In this document: piece after piece, positions 62,661 to 64,000 of the stretch
How positions within the stretch are numbered: position 1 is the first letter of the stretch
How the letters are laid out: each line of letters opens with the position of its first letter
Source of the DNA: the human T2T-CHM13v2.0 reference genome, Homo sapiens
Assembly (NCBI RefSeq): GCF_009914755.1
Contig: NC_060925.1
DNA length: 64,000 nucleotides
Reading direction: 5' to 3' (one strand)
Translations under genes and position numbers: made by a program
Notes under the pieces: model-generated
What the model was told of the DNA's origin: nothing
What the model saw: only the letters and a program-made list of their open reading frames with translations
The model's database searches: none

Positions 62661-64000
62661 TCCATTAAATTTTTTTTATTCTTTAAATTTTTAAAAAAAG
62701 TTCTATTCCATTACCACCTACAAAGGTCTGTTAAGATTAATGAAAGATTTATAACCTAAAGTTGCAAAATGCTTCCACAAAATGAAAGACAAAGTAACTG
62801 GATCCAGAGCAGACACTGTGGGTGGACACTGGGTTTCATGCCCTTTGGCCTCAGCCTGGCTCAGGTGGGCATTGCTAGCAGGAGCGTGCCTGTGGGGTGG
62901 ACCTGCTCACCGTTCTCAGGTGTGTTCAGCCTGGGTGAGGTTTAGAGCAAATCAAGAGAGACCTGTGTGGAGAGAAGACAACTTCCTTGAGGCCTCTCCA
63001 TCCCCCCATCCTCATCCTCTACCTCTGTTCCTCCCACACACCCTGCATCCCCTACCATACTCTTTCCTATAAGCAGCAGCCTTCAATATATACATAGAGA
63101 TTTTGATTGTAAAAATATTTGCCTGCCTGGATCCAGAGAAGCTGCAGTCGACCCCAGGTACCACAGATATGAAGGGGACCAGGGCTTTTTCCCACCAGAA
63201 ATGGTTTTATTCACAGAAAAAGTGTCAGATACCTTTTAAGTGGCCCTTCAAGATGGACTTCATAAACTGCTTTCATTTCAAAGCGTCTCATGTTGTTCTT
63301 CTGGGGTGTTAGACTATGACAAATGCGTATAGGTGGGGATACCGGTCAGCATCATCTCTATCACTCTGAGAAATTACATTTGAAAGAAATCTCCTGGAAG
63401 GTGTGATTACCTTGACCAGACAAGGCCATGGAACACATCCAACCTCATGAGATACACCTGCTAACTGGTGTGGATTTAGCATTAGGGGACTCCAGGTCTG
63501 CTACACAGAGGCCTCTGATGTTGCCCAGATTCCGCTTTAACCACCGATTCCTGCAGGCTAGTGGCAATATTTTTCGAGTCATTAGAGCTGAGGTTCTTTC
63601 CTCTGGCATGATGCCAGCAGACAGTGGCATGGAGCAGACGACCAGGAAATTGATTAGCATCATTGAAACCCCGCTTGGCAATAACTCTTCAAATTCCCTA
63701 AAACATATTCTGGAAGAATTGCCCTCCAGAAAATAAAAAGGTGAGAGCCACAGTTGGAACTGAAACCCCAGGAATCTTCAAAGTGTGTGGGCAGGCCTGG
63801 TACTGCAGGAGCTTGGCTGCAGCTTGGGGGCTTCTAAGGGAGCTGGTGTGAGAGGTCTTGTCCTTTTTTAAGGCCAAACAAAACAAAGCAGCCAAACAGG
63901 GCTCTTTCCACCTCTTTGCTGTGCTGTGGTATGTCTCCCATCATGACTTCCATGGACTGGGGTCCCAGAAGCACTTGCTTGCCACAGTTTATTTTGTTTC

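Noticed and set aside
63428-63736. 102-aa ORF near the window end
   Set aside because: No recognisable homology, splice structure or retrocopy hallmarks in the frames I translated; a BLASTX search would be needed to exclude it fully.

Overview
Mammalian (human-like) genomic DNA, recognisable as the ETV3 locus (by recall, human 1q23). The only protein-coding gene I can support is ETV3 (ETS repressor METS/PE-1) on the minus strand. It has a CpG-island promoter and non-coding exon 1 near 35.2 kb, then four coding exons (33153-33198, 32317-32554, 30958-31073, 21687-22825) that splice in frame to 512 aa. The 3' UTR is about 3.6 kb and ends near 18040. A 143-aa ETS-only isoform arises by reading through the exon-4 donor. 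Intron 4 holds a TSD-flanked processed cytochrome c pseudogene (antisense), a 13 x 31-bp minisatellite, a MER44A DNA transposon, three Alus and an L1 fragment. The rest is intergenic: Alu, MIR, L2, L1, MLT1, MER4 and MER45A repeats, CTCF motifs and candidate enhancers. Nearly all other ORFs in the track look spurious. I found no clearly new gene system. Best leads: (i) a ~310-bp, ~95%-identical inverted duplication around a ~1.4-kb spacer at 55.1-57.5 kb; (ii) a transposon-donated poly(A) signal that may create the truncated ETV3 isoform; (iii) a VNTR that reads as an array of splice-acceptor-like motifs; (iv) a spliced uORF overlapping the ETV3 start codon; (v) a cytochrome c retrocopy whose compensating frameshifts leave a 100-codon open frame with CxxCH; (vi) recurring GATCRATAC (CUX/ONECUT-type) motifs in the left 16 kb. 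Repeat subfamily names are from recalled consensus sequences, not a RepeatMasker run.
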